From NCBI GenBank assembly GCA_038231135.1, contig JBBRLX010000003.1:1-64000 (forward strand): a stretch of DNA of 64,000 nucleotides, given 5' to 3'. A program made the position numbers and the translations under genes. Under the pieces are notes generated by a model. The model saw nothing but the letters and a program-made list of their open reading frames with translations. It was not told the origin of the DNA and searched no databases. Source of the DNA: Candidatus Eiseniibacteriota bacterium. GTDB lineage: Bacteria; Eisenbacteria; RBG-16-71-46. This document shows positions 60,750-64,000 of this stretch, one piece after another; position 1 is the first letter of the stretch, and each line of letters starts with the position of its first letter.

Positions 60750-62222
60750 ATGAGCGTACGCGTTCGATTCGCACCGAGCCCCACCGGCTACCTGCACGTG
60801 GGCGGCGCCCGCACGGCGCTCTACAACCTGCTGTTCGCGCGCCGGAACGGCGGCACGTTCGTGCTGCGCATCGAGGACACCGACGCGGCGCGCTCGACCG
60901 ACGATTCGGTGACGGCGATCTTCGACAGCCTGCGCTGGCTGGGGCTCGAATGGGACGAGGGCCCGGGCATCGGCGGGCCGCACGGCCCGTACTTCCAGTC
61001 CGAGCGGCGCGAGATCTACGGTCGCCACGCTCAGACGCTGCTCGCCGCGGGCCGGGCGTACCCGTGCTTCTGCACCCCCGAGGAGCTCGAAACGCGGCGC
61101 TCCGCGATGGCCGCGCGCGGCGAGGCGCCGCGCTACGATGGCCGCTGCCGCCGGCTCACCACGGCCGAGCGCGAGCGGTTCACGGCGGAGGGCCGTCCGG
61201 CAGCGCTGCGGTTTGCGCTCGATCCCGCGGGCGAATCCGCGTGGGACGATCGTGTCCGCGGTCGCGTGGTGTTCCAGAACGAGGTGCTCGACGACTTCGT
61301 GCTGGTGCGGTCCGACGGGCTGCCGACCTACAACTTCGCGTGCGTGGTCGACGACGGCTCGATGGAGATCACCGACGTGATCCGCGGCGACGATCACATC
61401 TCGAACACGCCGCGCCAGCTGTTGATCTACCTGGCACTCGGCTGGACGCCGCCGCGGTTCGCGCACGTGCCGATGATCCTGGGCGAGGACGGCACGCGGC
61501 TGTCGAAGCGTCACGGCGCGACCGCGGTCGGCGCCTGGCGCGAGCTCGGCTATCTGCCCGAGGCGCTCGACAACTTTCTCGCGCTGCTGGGCTGGTCGTA
61601 CGACGGCCGCACCGAGCTGTTCTCGCTTGCCGAGCTCGAGGAGAAGTTCGACCTCGATCGCGTCGGCGCGAATCCCGCGGTGTTCAACACCGAGAAGCTC
61701 GAATGGATGAACGGCCAGCACCTGAAGCGCCTCGACGAGGCCGCGCGGGTGCAGCTCGTGCGCGACTATCTCGCGCATCACGGCCGCGACCTGGCGGGCC
61801 GCGACCCGGAATGGCTCGCGACGCTGGTGCGCGCGATCGGCGACCGGCTGAAGACGCTCGCCGACGCCGAGCGCTACGGGAAATTCGCGTTCGACCTGGA
61901 GCTCGACATGGATTCGCAGGCCTGGTCGGAACTGCTCGAGCGGCCGCAGGCGGGCGAACGGCTGACCGCGCTCGCAGCCCGGCTCGAGGCCGACACCGAG
62001 TTCTCGCTCGCGAGCCTCGAGCGCGAGACGCGGGCGCTGGCGGCGGAGTCCGGTATCAAGGCGGGCGAGTTGATCGGCATCGCGCGCGTGGCGCTCACCG
62101 GGCACAAGGTGAGCCCGGGCATCTTCGACGTGATGTGGCTGCTGGGGCGGGAGCGGGCGGTGGCGCGGCTGCGGGATGCCGCGGCGCGCTGGCAGCGGGA
62201 GCACGCCGCCGAACGGGTTTGA
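60750..62222 (+). CDS. gltX: Glutamate--tRNA ligase
   Basis: RFAPSPTGYLHVGG, LRIEDTD, IRGDDH, RLSKRHG, anticodon-binding domain. Confidence 0.96.
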   Translation: MSVRVRFAPSPTGYLHVGGARTALYNLLFARRNGGTFVLRIEDTDAARSTDDSVTAIFDSLRWLGLEWDEGPGIGGPHGPYFQSERREIYGRHAQTLLAAGRAYPCFCTPEELETRRSAMAARGEAPRYDGRCRRLTTAERERFTAEGRPAALRFALDPAGESAWDDRVRGRVVFQNEVLDDFVLVRSDGLPTYNFACVVDDGSMEITDVIRGDDHISNTPRQLLIYLALGWTPPRFAHVPMILGEDGTRLSKRHGATAVGAWRELGYLPEALDNFLALLGWSYDGRTELFSLAELEEKFDLDRVGANPAVFNTEKLEWMNGQHLKRLDEAARVQLVRDYLAHHGRDLAGRDPEWLATLVRAIGDRLKTLADAERYGKFAFDLELDMDSQAWSELLERPQAGERLTALAARLEADTEFSLASLERETRALAAESGIKAGELIGIARVALTGHKVSPGIFDVMWLLGRERAVARLRDAAARWQREHAAERV

Positions 62223-62341
62223 ACGGAGGCGCCACGACGGGTCTCCGCCTGCGTGCGCGGCGCGGCCGTCGTCCGAACGCGAGCCGTGGACGGAACTTGC
62301 CCCGAGCGTCGCGGCTCTGCTAGCTTCACCGGCCGCTCTGC

Positions 62342-62415
62342 TGCCCGGTGGTGTAACGGTAGCACGGCTGGCTCTGGACCAGTTAGTCGAGGTTCGAATC
62401 CTTGCCGGGCAGCCA
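62342..62415 (+). tRNA. tRNA-Gln (anticodon CTG)
   Basis: TGCCCGG/CCGGGCA acceptor stem. Anticodon arm GCTGG-CTCTGGA-CCAGT. GGTTCGAATCC T-arm. G discriminator and encoded CCA. Confidence 0.96.
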
Positions 62416-62422
62416 ATTCGTT

Positions 62423-62455
62423 CGCGCCCCGGACCTGCACAGGGTCCGGGGCGCG
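62423..62455 (+). terminator. Hairpin downstream of the tRNA
   Basis: CGCGCCCCGGACC-TGCACAG-GGTCCGGGGCGCG, perfect 13-bp stem. Confidence 0.55.
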
Positions 62456-62646
62456 CGCATTAAAGCCGGGTCACGGGTGGAAGGGGCTCCGTCCCTCTGG
62501 TGTCGCCACCGAGCCGTTCCAACCCTCGATCGACCCTGCACGGCTCGCCGCGCGGCGCCGGGCGATATTCGTCGCCGGCCGCTCGACCGCGGCGCGAACC
62601 CTTCGATTCCGGGACGGTCGTGAGATACCATCATGATCACGGCCCG

Positions 62647-63411
62647 ATGCGGGGCCCGGCGCTGCTCAGACATCCCGGGAGACTCCTCTTGCGCCTCGTC
62701 GACTTCGATCGCAACACCACCCGGTTCGGAATCCGGGTCCCTGGCGTTCCGGAACCGCACACGCCGCGACGCCGCTCCGCGTTTTCGCCGCGGTGGGCCG
62801 CTGCCGCGTGCATCGTCGCCGCGTGCGCCCTGAGTCCGTCGCACGCGCACGCCACGGTGCGGCCGCCGGCGGACTCGCTGCGGGTGCGATTCGACTGGAT
62901 CGATCAGGGCGGATCGCCGTGGCTCGCGCGGGTGCGTGCCCTGCGTTATACCACCAGCGGCAGCGCGCCCGGCACCACGGTGTTCACCGCGCTCGCCCTG
63001 CGACTGGCGGATTCGCTGGCGGTCGCCGGCGCCGACAGCGCGCTAGTCGTGCTGCCCGGCACTCGGATTCCTGCGCCCGGCTATCCCGTGCTGCTGCCCG
63101 ATGCGCCCACCGCGACCGCATTTCGCAATCAGGCCGGCGCCCCGGCGGGCGGATTCTGGCTCGGCGCCCGCGCCACCGCGCGCACCGCGATCGTATTGCC
63201 GAACGAGCCCGTCGACATCCTGTGGTTCGTGCGCGTGATCCCGGACAGCACCGGTACTGCGGCGCCGATTGCGCTGCGCGGCGCCACGTTCGGCAGCGCG
63301 ACCGCCAACGGCGCGGGCGCTCCGACCGGAAATGTGGCGTTCAAAACGGTCTCGAAGCTCGGCGTTTCGAGTCCGCGCGGAGGGGGTGGCCCCCATGCGA
63401 TCGATCCCTGA
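62647..63411 (+). CDS. Hypothetical exported protein
   Basis: Signal-like AAAACIVAACALSPSHAHA. Overlaps the next gene's start. Start codon uncertain. Confidence 0.5.
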   Translation: MRGPALLRHPGRLLLRLVDFDRNTTRFGIRVPGVPEPHTPRRRSAFSPRWAAAACIVAACALSPSHAHATVRPPADSLRVRFDWIDQGGSPWLARVRALRYTTSGSAPGTTVFTALALRLADSLAVAGADSALVVLPGTRIPAPGYPVLLPDAPTATAFRNQAGAPAGGFWLGARATARTAIVLPNEPVDILWFVRVIPDSTGTAAPIALRGATFGSATANGAGAPTGNVAFKTVSKLGVSSPRGGGGPHAIDP

Positions 63412-64000
63412 GTTGCGGTGGTCACTGCTCGCGGTCGCGATCGCGGCGCTGCTACCGGCCGCGCGCGCGGCCGCCGGGTTCGTGCCGCGCTGGACCGCCG
63501 AGTCCGACTTCGCCGGCGCGCGCTACGGCACCGTGGTGGCATCGGCGGGCGACGTGAACGGTGACGGTCTGTTCGACATGCTGGTCGGTGCGCCTTACGC
63601 CGCTGGCACGCAACCCGAGCAGGGCAAGGTGTACCTCTACCTCGGCACGCCATCGGGCCCGTCCGCGACGCCGTCGTGGATCGGCACCGTGAACCAGGGG
63701 GGTGCGCTGTTCGGCTACGCGGTCACGGGCGCCGGGGACGTCAACGGCGACGGTTACGACGACATCGCGGTGGGCGCGCCGCTGTGGGACGGCGGCCAGA
63801 CGGACGAGGGCGCGGTATTCATCTATTACGGGTCCGACACAGGTCTCGTGTCGACGCCCGCGATGGTGCTCGAGAGCAACAGCGTGGGAGCGCTATTTGG
63901 CGCAGCGCTCGCGGGGTTCGGCGACGTGAACTTCGACGGTTTCAACGACCTGCTGGTGGGGGCGCCGCAGTATACGAACGGTCAGACCCGCGAAGGCCGG
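63395..64000 (+). CDS. Secreted FG-GAP/integrin-alpha repeat protein, 3'-partial
   Basis: Not in the ORF track (runs off the edge). MRSIPELRWSLLAVAIAALLPAARA then AGDVNGDGLFDMLVGAP...GKVYLYLG, GDVNGDGYDDIAVGAP and GDVNFDGFNDLLVGAP. Confidence 0.88.
   Translation, partial: MRSIPELRWSLLAVAIAALLPAARAAAGFVPRWTAESDFAGARYGTVVASAGDVNGDGLFDMLVGAPYAAGTQPEQGKVYLYLGTPSGPSATPSWIGTVNQGGALFGYAVTGAGDVNGDGYDDIAVGAPLWDGGQTDEGAVFIYYGSDTGLVSTPAMVLESNSVGALFGAALAGFGDVNFDGFNDLLVGAPQYTNGQTREGR

Noticed and set aside
62342..62700. tRNA-Gln as an integration site for a genomic island
   Set aside because: No integrase follows and no duplicated tRNA 3' end was noticed in the window.

Overview
High-GC bacterial chromosomal window with no rRNA, CRISPR array or recognisable integrase/transposase. 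It holds about 46 protein genes and one tRNA-Gln(CTG). Five secreted proteins share a C-terminal FlgD-Ig/T9SS-CTD-like domain and one is a gingipain (C25) protein. This suggests a diderm lineage with T9SS-like sorting, such as Ca. Eisenbacteria or an FCB relative (inference only). Main finding: the radical SAM gene at 16027 appears to stop at TGA 17416-17418, but the sequence reads ...EPWYC-TGA-AEP... and a GC-rich hairpin follows at once. It is therefore most likely a CUAEP-tail selenoprotein, translationally coupled to an ATP-grasp ligase and an NfuA-type Fe-S carrier. Other notable items: (1) a stress-gene island (7.3-11.9 kb) with four sigma54-like -24/-12 motifs, an NtrC-type activator and a sigma-region-2-only protein; (2) an ArsR-led FTR1/DUF2318/ABC metal-uptake operon whose ATPase is fused to a DtxR-like domain; (3) a 23-bp perfect inverted repeat; (4) a structured leader that sequesters a perfect Shine-Dalgarno-like sequence. 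Housekeeping genes include sucAB-lpdA, mscL, osmC, suhB, gltX and a UvrD-nuclease. All calls come from motif reading by eye; no database searches were run.
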